Made by a program: the position numbers and the translations under genes. Of a stretch of 64,000 nt of DNA, positions 11,901-23,656 are shown piece by piece. Source of the stretch: Squalus acanthias (taxonomy: Eukaryota). Numbering within the stretch: position 1 is the stretch's first letter; each line of letters starts with the position of its first letter. The stretch spans positions 248,001 through 312,000 of the forward strand of contig JASTWF010000288.1 in the NCBI GenBank assembly GCA_030390025.1. Reading direction: 5' to 3'. Under the pieces are notes generated by a model. The model ran no database searches. It was not told where the DNA came from and worked only from the letters and a program-made list of their open reading frames with translations.

Positions 11901-14693
11901 TTACCAATAAACAAACATGTCCCCATTACCAATAAACAAACATGTCCCCATTACCAATAAACAAACATGTCCCCATTACCAATAAACAAACATGTCCCCA
12001 TTACCAATAAACAAACATGTCCCCATTACCAATAAACAACATGTCCCCATTACCAATAAACAAACATCTCCCCATTACCAATAAACAAACATGTCCCCAT
12101 TACCAATAAACAAACATGTCCCCATTACCAATAAACAAACATGTCCCCATTACCAATAAACAAACATGTCCCCATTACCAATAAACAAACATGTCCCCAT
12201 TACCAATAAACAAACATGTCCCCATTACCAATAAACAAACATGTCCCCATTACCAATAACAAACATGTCCCCATTACCAATAAACAAACATGTCCCCATT
12301 ACCAATAAACAAACATGTCCCCATTACCAATAAACAAACATGTCCCCATTACCAATAAACATGTCCCCATTACCAATAAACAAACATGTCCCCATTACCA
12401 ATAAACAAACATGTCCCCATTACCAATAAACAAACATGTCCCCATTACCAATAAACAAACATGTCCCCATTACCAATAAACATGTCCCCATTACCAATAA
12501 ACAAACATGTCCCCATTACCAATAAACAAACATGTCCCCATTACCAATAAACAAACATGTCCCCATTACCAATAAACAAACATGTCCCCATTACCAATAA
12601 ACAAACATGTCCCCATTACCAATAAACAAACATGTCCCCATTACCAATAAACAAACATGTCCCCATTACCAATAAACAAACATGTCCCCATTACCAATAA
12701 ACAAACATGTCCCCATTACCAATAAACAAACATGTCCCCATTACCAATAAACAAACATGTCCCCATTACCAATAAACATGTCCCCATTACCAATAAACAA
12801 ACATGTCCCCATTACCAATAAACAAACATGTCCCCTTTACCAATAAACAAACATGTCCCCATTACCAATAAACAAACCTGTCCCCATTACCAATAAACAA
12901 ACATGTCCCCATTACCAATAAACAAACATGTCCCCATTACCAGTAAACAAACATCTCCCCATTACCAATAAACAAACATGTCCCCATTACCAATAAACAA
13001 ACATGTCCCCATTACCAAGAAACATGTCCCCATTACCAATAAACAAACATGTCCCCTTTACCAATAAACAAACATGTCCCCTTTACCAATAAACAAACAT
13101 GTCCCCATTACCAATAAACAAACCTGTCCCCATTACCAGTAAACAAACATGTCCCCATTACCAATAAACAAACATGTCCCCATTACCAGTAAACAAACAT
13201 GTCCCCTTTACCAATAAACAAACATCTCCCCATTACCAATAAACAAACATCTCCCCATTACCAATAAACAAACATGTCCCCATTACCAATAAACAAACAT
13301 GTCCCCATTACCAATAAACAAACATGTCCCCATTACCAATAAACAAACATGTCCCCATTACCAATAAACAAACATGTCCCCATTACCAATAAACAAACAT
13401 GTCCCCATTACCAATAAACAAACATGTCCCCATTACCAATAAACAAACATGTCCCCATTACCAATAAACAAACATGTCCCCATTACCAATAAACAAACAT
13501 GTCCCCATTACCAATAAACAAACATGTCCCCATTACCAATAAACAAACATGTCCCCATTACCAATAAACAAACATGTCCCCATTACCAATAAACAAACAT
13601 GTCCCCATTACCAATAAACAAACATGTCCCCATTACCAAGAAACATCTCCCCATTACCAAGAAACATGTCCCCATTACCAAGAAACATGTCCCCATTACC
13701 AAGAAACATGTCCCCATTACCAAGAAACATGTCCCCATTACCAATAAACATGTCCCCATTACCAATAAACAAACATGTCCCCATTACCAAGAAACATCTC
13801 CCCATTACCAGTAAACAAACATCTCCCCATTACCAATAAACAAACATCTCCCCATTACCAACAAACAAACATGTCCCCATTACCAGTAAACAAACATGTC
13901 CCCATTACCAATAAACAAACATGTCCCCATTACCAAGAAACATGTTCCCATTACCAAGAAACATGTCCCCATTACCAAGAAACATGTCCCCATTACCAAG
14001 AAACATGTCCCCATTACCAAGAAACATGTCCCCATTACCAAGAAACATGTCCCCATTACCAAGAAACATGTCCCCATTACCAAGAAACATGTCCCCATTA
14101 CCAAGAAACATGTCCCCATTACCAAGAAACAAACATGTCCCCATTACCAATAAACAAACATGTCCCCATTACCAATAAACAAACATGTCCCCATTACCAA
14201 TAAACAAACATGTCCCCATTACCAATAAACAAACATGTCCCCATTACCAATAAACAAACATGTCCCCATTACCAATAAACAAACATCTCCCCATTACCAA
14301 TAAACAAACATGTCCCCATTACCAATAAACAAACATCTCCCCATTACCAATAAACAAACATGTCCCCATTACCAATAAACAAACATCTCCCCATTACCAA
14401 TAAACAAACATCTCCCCATTACCAATAAACAAACATGTCCCCATTACCAATGAACAAACATCTCCCCATTACCAATAAACATGTCCCCATTACCAATAAA
14501 CAAACATGTCCCCATTACCAATAAACAAACATGTCCCCATTACCAATAAACAAACATCTCCCCATTACCAAGAAACATCTCCCCATTACCAATAAACAAA
14601 CATGTCCCCATTACCAATAAACAAACATGTCCCCATTACCAATAAACAAACATGTCCCCATTACCAATAAACAAACATCTCCCCATTACCAAT
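8905..14693. repeat. 25-bp minisatellite array (aataaacaaacatgtccccattacc)n with 21-bp variants
   Basis: Directly visible tandem repeat of ~5.8 kb; 21-bp aagaaacatgtccccattacc runs near 13640-14120. Confidence 0.98.
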
Positions 14694-14694
14694 A

Positions 14695-15175
14695 CGAGAT
14701 TTTCGAGGATGTTGCCTGGGTTGGGGAATTTTACCTATGAGGAAAGAGTTTATAGGCTGGGGTTGTTTTCTTTGAAACAGAGGAGGCTGAGCAGAGACTT
14801 AATTGAGGTGTCTAAAATTATGAGGGGCCGGGATAGAGTGGATAGGAAGGACCTGTTTCCCTGAGCAGAGGGGTCAATAACCAGGGGGCACAGATTTAAA
14901 GTAATTGGTCAGAGGTTGAGAGGGGATTGGAGGAGAATTTGTTTCACTCAGCGGATTTTGGGGGTCTGGAACTCACCACCTGTAAGGGTGGTAGAGGCAG
15001 AGTCCCTCATCACATTTAAAAAGTACTTGGATATGCACTTGAGGTGCCGGAACCTACAGGGCTACGGACCAAGAGCTGGAAAGTGGGATTAGGGTGGATA
15101 GCTCTTTTTTGGCTGGCAGGGAGAAGATGGTCCGAATGGTCAAATTATGTGCTGTAAATTTCTATGATTCTATGA
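14695..15175 (+). mobile_element. CR1 3' fragment
   Basis: RFSRMLPGLGNFTYEERVYRLGLFSLKQRRL, ending in a ttctatgattctatga tail. Confidence 0.85.
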
Positions 15176-15309
15176 ACAATTAGCCCCTAATTGACCTATT
15201 TACAGCGAGGAAGCTTGTCACTTTAAAGGGGAAAGCCTTTCACACATGTCTCCCATCCCTCCTCATCCTACTTGACCTGTCTGCAAACTTTCACATGGTT
15301 GATCACTCC

Positions 15310-16810
15310 ATAAGAACATATGAAATAAGAGCAGGTGTGGGTCATACAGCCCCTCGAGCCTGCTCCGCCATTCAATAAGATCATCCACTTTCTCGCCCGA
15401 TCTCCATATCCCTTGATTCCCCTGGAGTCCAAACATCTATCAATCTCCGCCTTGAATATACTCAAAGACTCAGCATTCACAGCCCTCTGGGGCAGAGAAT
15501 TCCAAAGATTCACAACCTTCTGAGTGAAGAAATTCCTCCTCATCTCAGTCCTAAATGGCCTACCCCTTATCCCGAGACTATGCCCCCCAGTTCTAGACTC
15601 TCCAGCCAGGGGAATTAACCTCTCAGCATCTACCCTGTCAATCCCCTTCAGAATCTTGTATGTTTCAATGAGATCACCTCTCATTCTTCTAAACTCCAGA
15701 GAGTATAGGCCCATTCTACACAATCTCTCATCATAGGACAGCCCTCTCATCCCAGGAATCAATCATGGAGCCTGTGAACCTTTGTTGCACTGTCTCCAAG
15801 GCAAGTATATCCTTCCTTACTTAAGGAGACCAGAACTGTGCACAGTACTCCAGGTGTGGTCTCACCAAGGCCCTGTACAGTTGTAGCAAGACTTCCTTAC
15901 TCTTATACTCCAACCCCCTTGCAATAAAGGCCAACGTGCCATTTGCCTTCCTTATTGCTTGCTGTACCTGCATACTAACTTTGTGTTTCTGGCACGAGGA
16001 CACCCAAATCTCTCTGAACACCAACATTTGAAAATTTCTCACCATTTAAAAATTATTCTGTTTTCCTATTCTTCCTTCCAAAGCGAATAACCTCACATTT
16101 CCCTACATTATACTCCATCTGCCACCTTACTGCCCACTCACTTGGTCTATCTATATCCCTTTGCAGACTCTGTGTTCTCCTCACAGCTTACTGTCCCACC
16201 TAGCTTTGTATCATCAGCAAACTTGGATACATTACATTCGGTCCTTTCATCTAGGGCATTAATATAGATTGTAAATAGCCGAGGCCCCAACACTGATCCT
16301 TGCGGCACCACACTAGTTACAGCCTGCCAACATGAAAAAGATCCGTTTATCCCTACTCTCTGTTTTCTGTCCGTTAATCAATCCTCTCTCCATGCTATAT
16401 TACCCTCAACCCCATGAGCCCTAATCTTGTGTAATAACCTTTTATGTGGCACCTTATCGAATGCCTTTTGGAAATCCAAATATACTACATCCACTGGTTC
16501 CCCTTTATCTACCCTGCCAGTTACATCCTCAAAAAGCTCGAATAAATTTGTCAAACACTATTTCCCTTTCATAAAATCATGTTGACTCTGCCTAATCATG
16601 TTATGATTTTCTAAGTGACTTGATACCACTTCCTTAACAATGGATTCCAGCATTTTTCCGACGACTGATGTCAGGCTAACTGGCCTGTAGTTCCGTTTTT
16701 TTCTCTCCCTCCTTTCTTGAATAGCGGTGTTACATTTGCGACCTTCCAATCTGCTGGGGCCATTCCAGAATCTGGGGAATTATGGAAGATCAAAACCAAT
16801 GCATCCACTA
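15310..16810 (-). mobile_element. CR1 LINE (RT to 3' end)
   Basis: NYRPVSLTSVVGKMLESIV; [18 protein letters not shown]; RRMRGDLIETYKIL. Confidence 0.9.
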
Positions 16811-16811
16811 T

Positions 16812-17190
16812 CCATCCTTCTCCAACACCTCTCCACCATCGAACAGCTGGGTGGGACTGCACTCACCTGGTTCCATTCTTATCTATCTAATCGTAGCCCG
16901 AGAATCACCGGCAATGGCTTCTCATCCCACTCCCCATCATTACCTCTGGTGTCCCCCAAGGACCTCTCCTTGGCCCCCTCCTACTTCTCATCTTCATGCT
17001 GCTCCTTGGCGACATCATCTGAAAACACAGCGTCAGTTTCCACATGCACGCTGATGACACCCAGCGCTACATCACCACCACCTCCCTCGACCCCTCCACA
17101 GTCTCTACATTGTCAGACTGCTTGTCAGACATCCAATCCTGGTTGAGCAGACATTTCCTCCCTCTAAATATTAGGAAGACTGAAGTCATT
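16812..17190 (+). mobile_element. L2-clade LINE RT fragment, 5' half (continues at 20121)
   Basis: LGGTALTWFHSYLSNRS...GVPQG...FHMHADDTQ across frames, interrupted at gaagtcatt. Confidence 0.8.
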
Positions 17191-18057
17191 GGGGGGAATT
17201 TTAACCTAAAAAAGTGAGTGCGTTTGGGAGCGGGCGGGCGATTAAAAGGGCAGAAACTGACAGTGGGTTGGGAAGCCAGCTCGAACCCGCCGAGTTCTGC
17301 TTTTAACTGCAGCACTTTCTGCTGCGTGCGAGATGCCCCCATGGGAGAGGCGTGTTGGAAATTAAATTATGTAAAGAGGCAATTAGGAACGGTTTTAACT
17401 GCAGATTTGAGCTTTAACTGAATGCACAGGTTTCCCGGGCTTCCTGGAACTCGCCAGTGAAAGCAAGGCGAGATGACAGCGCGAATTGAGGGGGGCTGAA
17501 CAACTGACAGGTAAACAATCCAATAAGTACTCAGACCTCACACCTGCTTCCTTGTCTAAGGGAAAAGCACCGTACTGCCTCACCATCTGTCCGGTTGTTT
17601 CGTTCCATTCCAGGGCTGTAGATCGCCCTCATCTGTCACGGTTTGTATGTCTATTTCAATCGCATGTAGTAATATCGCATTTTGCTTTAAACTGTAGCTC
17701 TTTAATTAAAAGGCCTTGGAACTCCCAAGACTCGTTGGGTAATGTGTGTGTGACCTGTGATCCTAATCTTACATGATCACCCCTTCCCCTCAGATTTCCG
17801 TTAGCTGGTGAACCCGGCCCACCAGGGCCTGTGGGACCTCTGGGTTTTCCCGGAGCATGTTGTGAGTTTTATTAATGTTCAGTGTTGTGTTTCAGTCGGG
17901 GTGTCCGGGGGTAGAATGTCCATGAAGCAAGTCCCGATCACCTTGCCGTGACTTGGGACATTTACCCCGTTTCACCGGGTGTTTCCCAGGAGACCGGTCC
18001 GGCGGAGTTAGTGAGTTACAGAATCACTCACTCACACACACACACACACACACACAC

Positions 18058-18920
18058 CTTCGCAACACCCTGGTCCACTCCTCTATCACCCCAATGCCCC
18101 CTCCCCTTCCCACAACACCTTCCAGTGCAACTCCTCCTCCCTTCCCACCTTCCAGGGCCCAAATACTCCTTCCTACATTACAACAGTGACTACACTTCAA
18201 AAGTACTTCATTGGCTGTAAAACGCTTTGGGACGTCTGGTGGTTGTGAAAGGTGCTATATAAATGCAAGGTGAAACTGTGATTTACTTGTACTTCTTTCA
18301 ATTTAGTGTACTGTATTCGCTGCTCACGATGCGGCCTCCTCTACATTGTGGAGACCAAATACAGATTGGGTGACTGCTTTGCAAAACACCTTCGTTCAGT
18401 CTGTCAGCTTGACCACGAGCTTCCGGTCGCCTGTCACTTTAATTGTCCAGACCACTCCCACTCTGTCCTCGGCCTGCAACACTGTTCCAACGAAGCTCAA
18501 CGTAAGCTCGAGGAACAGCACCTCATCTTTCGATTAGGCACTTTACACCCTTCTGGGCTCAACATCGAGTTCAGCAATTTCAGACCATAACCTCAGCCCC
18601 TATTGTTTCACATGACAGCTGGTGATGATTCTGCCATTCCCATTTACATCTCTTCTAAACTCATCTTTTGTTTCTTAACTTGTCCCATTACCATCTCCTT
18701 TTGCTTTGTACAACATACCTTCTTGTCATGTAATCACTCCTGTCTTCCACCCTAGCACATACCTTCCCTTTTTGTTCTTTTGTCCCCTCCCTCTGCACTT
18801 GCTTAAAATCCATGACATCTCCAACTTTTTCCAGTTCTGATGAAACATTAACTCGGTTTCATTCTCCACAGATGCTGCCTGACCTGCTGAGTGTTTCCAG
18901 CATTTTCTGTTTTTACTTTG
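18058..18920 (+). mobile_element. Penelope-like element GIY-YIG/3' fragment
   Basis: VYCIRCSRCGLLYIVETKYRLGDCFAKHLRSV...RKLEEQHLIFRLGTLHPSGLN. Confidence 0.85.
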
Positions 18921-18939
18921 TGGCTGATCACCTAGTCGG

Positions 18940-19760
18940 TTAAGGCAGGGAACCTTCGGGTGTGTCGGACATTGCAATCTACCAGCAGTAATAGCGACGC
19001 AAAATGGTCGGCTTGAAAGAGGTCGAGAGTGCCAGGGATAAAGAGTTTGGAAAACTGTGTGTAATTAATTTAATCTTGTTTCTGATGATCGAGAAGCTGA
19101 TCGAGAGGGTCCAGAGCCAGGTCTCTCGGAGAAAGGTGAAATTAGAGAAGGGGAAGCGTTTGTTAGCCTGTGTGGCCCAGCTCTGTGCACAGCACAGTGA
19201 AGTAAGAGAAGGAAAATTTATGGAAGCACAGCAAATCAGAGAAGGGGAATATTCGGAAGTGGAAAAACAGTGAGTATCAGAATGGGAACAATTGGGGAGT
19301 AGCGCTATTGATCTTACGTGCATTGTTACCCAGCTGCAGGCGAGTATTGCGGCAGCAGCTGCCCCCCAAGCACTGAGGACAAGGCAAATGCAAGTAGAGA
19401 ATGAGGAACCAGAGAAACTATAGATCAACTGGAGGACGCCCGTGGGGCACTACGGGATGTGACGCGTGCGCCCGGCGGACCACTCTAACTGCAAATTAAA
19501 AATCTATGAATGGCAGGGCCGCGAGGCTCCCGTGAGACTGCCCAGGCTTGTGGTGGAGAGGAAATAAATTGGGATGATATAGAATGCGTAGCCACATGCT
19601 AGAATAACACCAGTTGTGACGACTGGGGACAACGGGACCCAAAACCCATTTGCGTAACAGGGACCCGAACAACTACTGCCCCGGCAGCACAGCCGGATGG
19701 GCATACGATTGTTACGGTTACTCAACCAATCTATACGGTGCTGCAGGACGTGGACCTGAG
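18940..19760 (+). mobile_element. Possible degraded LTR-retrotransposon gag-like segment
   Basis: Interrupted, charged coiled-coil-like reading frame from 19004 (KVKLEKGKRLLACVAQL...QIREGEYSEVEKQ). No diagnostic motif was seen. Confidence 0.3.
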
Positions 19761-20120
19761 AATGGTCACCCGGGCAGCCCTGGATGATGGGATGTGAGCT
19801 GTAGGGAGGCATCATTTAAGCGAGGTGCAGCCTTGCTACATTGGGACTCCATTAATGCAGATGCTTCCTCTGTTCCCCCACCTGGACAATCCCTCGGCTT
19901 TCATCTTCGCAGGGTCCCTTGAAATAGTTCAGCTGAAAGAGACTCTTGCGTGTCGTCATCACGCTCGCTCGCGCTAATTGGTTGGGCAACCCATAGGTCA
20001 GAAGCTCATACACTGGCTGTATTAAAAAGCCATTGACAAACGCGCTGCTGTAACTTCTGGGTTCCCCACTTACTGCAGGGCTCCCCCACTGCAGCGCGTC
20101 GGGCAGTTAAACTCCAGCCC

Positions 20121-20600
20121 ATTGTCTTCAGTCCCCACCACTAACTCAATTCCCTATCCACCGACTCCATCCCTCTCCCTGGCAAATCTCTGAGGCTGAA
20201 CCAGCTTGTTCGTAACCTCAGTGTCATATTGGAACCTGAAATGAGCTTCCAACCACATATTCGCTCCATCACTAAGACCACCTATTTCCACATCCATAAC
20301 ATCGCCCGTCTCCGCCCTTGCCTCAGCTCATCAGCTGTTGAAACCCTCATCCGTGCCCTGGGTATATCTAGACCTGACTGTTCCAATTCTCCTGGGCGCC
20401 TCTCATCTTCCACCCTCCATAAACTTGAGCTCATCCAAAACTGCCCGTATCCTAACTCGCACCAAGCCCTGTACACCCATCACCCCTGTGCTCACTGACC
20501 TACATTGCCTCCCAGTCCGGCTACACCTCGATTTTACACTTATTATCCTTGTGTTCAAATCCCTTCCTGGCCTTGCCTCTCCCTATCACTGTAAATAGTC
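20121..20600 (+). mobile_element. L2 LINE 3' half
   Basis: PEMSFQPHIRSITKTTYFHIHNIARLRPCLSSSAVETLI...ITPVLTDLHCLPV. Confidence 0.85.
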
Positions 20601-20970
20601 CTGTAGCGCCGTTAATGTAGAAAAACGTGCCAAGGTGCTTCACAGGTGTGTTATCGAACAAAATCTGGCACCGAGCCATATAAGGAGAAATTAGGGCAGG
20701 TGACCAAAAGCTTGGTCAAAGAGATAGGTTTTCAGGAGCATCTTAAAGCTAGAGAGGTGGAGAGGTTTAGGGAGGGAATTCCAGAGCTTAAGGCCTTGGC
20801 AACAGAAGGCACGGCCGCCAAAGCTTGAGCGATTTTAATCAGGGATCCTCAAGAGGGCAGAATTAGAGGAGCGCAGATATCTCGAGGGGTTGTGGGGCCG
20901 GAGGAGATTACAGAGATAGGGAGGGCCGAGGCCATGGAGGGATTTGAACACAAGGATAATAATATTAAAA
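20600..20970 (-). mobile_element. L2 3' end (antisense)
   Basis: The reverse complement reads ctctggaattccctccctaaacctctc...aaaacctatctctttgaccaagcttttg. Confidence 0.65.
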
Positions 20971-21021
20971 GATTCATCAATGAGGCACAATAGCTTTGGT
21001 TTTCTGCCCAATGAAGCTTAC

Positions 21022-21341
21022 CTCTTTTCTTGGCAGTTCCTCTGCACCAACTCGTGGCTCACAAGAAAAAGACAGGCATGATAAATCAAATGGGTATCCT
21101 TCAAGAAACACCAGAGGAGATTCAGAATCCTCAACACAGCATTCACCCAGCAGGCTGCTACTCTCCAGTCGTCCGCTGGACAATATTGAACAGAGCCTGA
21201 TGGAAATCTGTTCTGGTTTCAGAATTTGACTGCAGAGTAAAGGATTCTCGAAGACAGATGGTCCTGCTGGTCGATAATTAGTTCTGTGAGTGAAGTAAGA
21301 TACAAGACTGATCAGGAACATATTAAAAGAAACAATTCCAC
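21022..21341 (-). CDS. Predicted exon C (phase-1 acceptor or internal ATG at 21321; phase-0 donor) of the minus-strand exon chain
   Basis: Unique non-repeat sequence. Long pyrimidine tract with ctgac, then caag|GT at 21341; open frame ...MFLISLVSYFTHRTNYRPAGPSVFENPLL...EELPRKE; strong donor GAG|gtaagc at 21022, in phase with exon A. Confidence 0.5.
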
Positions 21342-21489
21342 CTTGCAGCGGGGTGAGGGCGAGTCAGGGGTGAAGAGGGAGCAGGAAAGCAGGGTGTGTC
21401 TCTATTATCAGTAAGTGTCTATCAACATTACAACAATTGAAAGGATCTTCAACGCAGAAACGATTAAAGAATTTATATAAACACACACA

Positions 21490-21551
21490 CCAAACACTCC
21501 CAGGGCAGGTACAGCACGTGTTAGATACAGAGTAAAGCTCCCTCTACACTG
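21490..21551 (+). repeat. Single 65-bp satellite monomer
   Basis: caaacactcccagggcaggtacagcacgtgttagatacagagtaaagctccctctacactg. Confidence 0.9.
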
Positions 21552-21625
21552 CCATCTAGTGCTGCTCTCTGCTGAACTACCGTGTATTTGATTGTGATTG
21601 GATAGGAGCTGCCGTGGCCAATCCC
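21548..21625. promoter_or_regulatory. Putative proximal promoter of the class I gene: inverted CCAAT, CCAAT and a CTCF-like motif
   Basis: ATTGG at 21597-21601 and CCAAT at 21618-21622, ~70-95 bp upstream of ATG 21691. GCACTAGATGGCAG on the - strand at ~21549-21562. Confidence 0.5.
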
Positions 21626-21690
21626 CTTCTGTTCAACTGACTGCTGATATCTGAGAGAGAGGAGACGAAGGTGTGTCCATCAATGCTCGA

Positions 21691-21766
21691 ATGGCTTCTC
21701 TGCTGACGGCGGGCACAGCGTGTTTCTTTTTTATCTTCCTGTGCTGTTTTCATGATGCATATTCTG
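21691..21766 (+). CDS. MHC class I-like heavy chain, exon 1 (signal peptide)
   Basis: MASLLTAGTACFFFIFLCCFHDAYS-G has a hydrophobic core and an A-x-S cleavage site. Phase-1 donor G|gtaaga matches the alpha1 acceptor. Confidence 0.8.
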
Positions 21767-21994
21767 GTAAGACAGACATTTATCTAACTTTCTCATTTCC
21801 AATATTGAGAACTCAGAGTGCTTCTATCGGAACAGCTTTTGGGGAGTCACTTACCTGCAAGTTTTCTTTGATTTGAGAGAGTTTCTGCTTCTCTCTCCCT
21901 CCCCCTTTCTCTGTGTTCACTGATGGGACTCGGAGCTCTGCCAGTCCTCTATCCTTCGATGTACTTCACAAACTACACTGGGCTACGAATAGCC

Positions 21995-22205
21995 TTGAGA
22001 GGTCGCACAACACCAGGTTATCGTCCAACAATTTTATTTTAAATCACAAGCTTTCGGAGTTACAACTCCTTCGTCACCTGACGAAGGAGTTGTAACTCCG
22101 AAAGCTTGTGATTTAAAATAAAATTGTTGGACTATAACCTGGTGTTGTGCGACCTCTCAATTTTGTCCACCCCAGTCCAACACCGGCATCTCCGCATCAT
22201 GACCA
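21995..22205. mobile_element. Penelope-derived hairpin mini-insertion with a 12-bp TSD and a hammerhead-like core
   Basis: Near-perfect palindrome 21995-22160. TSD ctacgaatagcc at 21983-21994 and 22206-22217. CTGACGA-stem(GGAG/CTCC)-GAAA at 22078-22103. Confidence 0.7.
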
Positions 22206-22777
22206 CTACGAATAGCCAACAGGCAATGGGGCGATCCTTTCAAACCAATGAATGCTGTGCACGTGAAACAAAACAGGACACGTCACAGAGGGAGGGAGGG
22301 GCTGTGGATCGCTTTAGCAGGAACAGGGTTCACCAGCGTTGCTGCCAACAATTCAAAAGTGAAAATGTTCCAAAGAGTGAAAGCTGCTGGAAATTGCAGC
22401 AAGAAGCCAAGTTGAAGGGATGAAATGGCCGTGCGGCTGGGCCTCCATGACTTCAGGTTAAGAAGAGAAAGTTAGCATTTGTGTGTCATTGCTTGTAAAC
22501 TGCATCGGGACATCTTGAAGATGTTATAAAAGAGAGTTCTTATCAGATCTCTCAGGCTAGTCCACAAAGACGGCAGTTGATCACATCCCAGAAACATTCC
22601 ACAGAAAGAACATGGGGTTAAATTAGATGATGCGATGAAGCCGCGATACAGGCAGCAGGTTAATCTGCTGCTCCCGGCTGTTTTAGACGATCGCTGCGTG
22701 CAACCAGCGCTATCTGTGCTGTTCAATGGCTACACACATCAGCAATGGGTCCGATATCACCAGTGCAGAGTGCTACT

Positions 22778-23480
22778 AAGAACATAAGAACATAAGAAAT
22801 AGGAGCAGGAGTAGGCCAATCGGCCCCTCGAGCCTGCGCCGCCATTCAATAAGATCATGGCTGATCTGATCATAACCTCAAATCTAAAGAACACAAGAAG
22901 TAGGAGCAGGACCCAGCCACTCAGCCCCTGGGCCCGCTCCGGCACCCACAGGGCCTCGACCGATCCGAACTCAGCCTCATGTCCAATTTCTTGCCCGCTC
23001 CCCGTAACCCCTAATTCCCTTTACTTCTAGGAAACTGTCTATTTCTGTTTTAAATTTATTTTATGATGTAGCTTCCACAGCTTCCTGGGGCAGCAAATTC
23101 CACAGACCGACTACCCTCTGAGTGAAGAAGTTTCTCCTCATCTCAGTTTTGAAAGAGCAGCCCCTTATTCTAAGATTATGCCCCCTAGTTCTAGTTTCAC
23201 CCATCCTTGGGAACATCCTGACCGCATCCACCCGATCAAGCCCCTTCACAATCTTATATGTTTCAATAAGATCGCCTCTCATTCTTCTGAACTCCAATGA
23301 GTAGAGTCCCAATCTACTCAACCTCTCCTCGTATGTCCACCCCCTCATCCCCGGGATTAACCGAGTGAACCTTCTTTGTACTGCCTCGAGAGCAAGTATG
23401 TCTTTTCTTAAGTATGGACACCAAAACTGTATGCAGTACTCCAGATGCGGTCTCACCAATACCTTATATAACTGCAGCAC
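22778..23480 (-). mobile_element. CR1 3' fragment, well preserved
   Basis: [44 protein letters not shown], with a (taagaaca)n tail. Confidence 0.92.
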
Positions 23481-23656
23481 TTAAAGGCATCTTGCACCTG
23501 GTAAGGGGGAGGTGCATTGTAGCTGCAAGAAGTGGTGGGACTCCTTTCTCAACTGAGCCTGTGCTGCCAAAGGTTGAAGAAAGGCTGGCCATTGGAGAGA
23601 GCATGCACCAAAGCTTTCAAACAATGCACGGGAGGTCTTAGTGGAAGAAGTGCAAT

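Larger units (their letters stand above)
17191..20120. mobile_element. Harbinger-like non-autonomous DNA element with nested insertions, splitting an L2
   Basis: Imperfect TIRs ggggggaattttaac / gttaaactccagccc flanked by a 3-bp ATT duplication (17188-90, 20121-23). The L2 sequence rejoins across it. Confidence 0.6.

Noticed and set aside
8905-14693. CRISPR-like regular repeats and MSPLPINKHVP ORFs (also 51425-64000)
   Set aside because: Head-to-tail monomers with no unique spacers and no cas genes, in a eukaryotic context.
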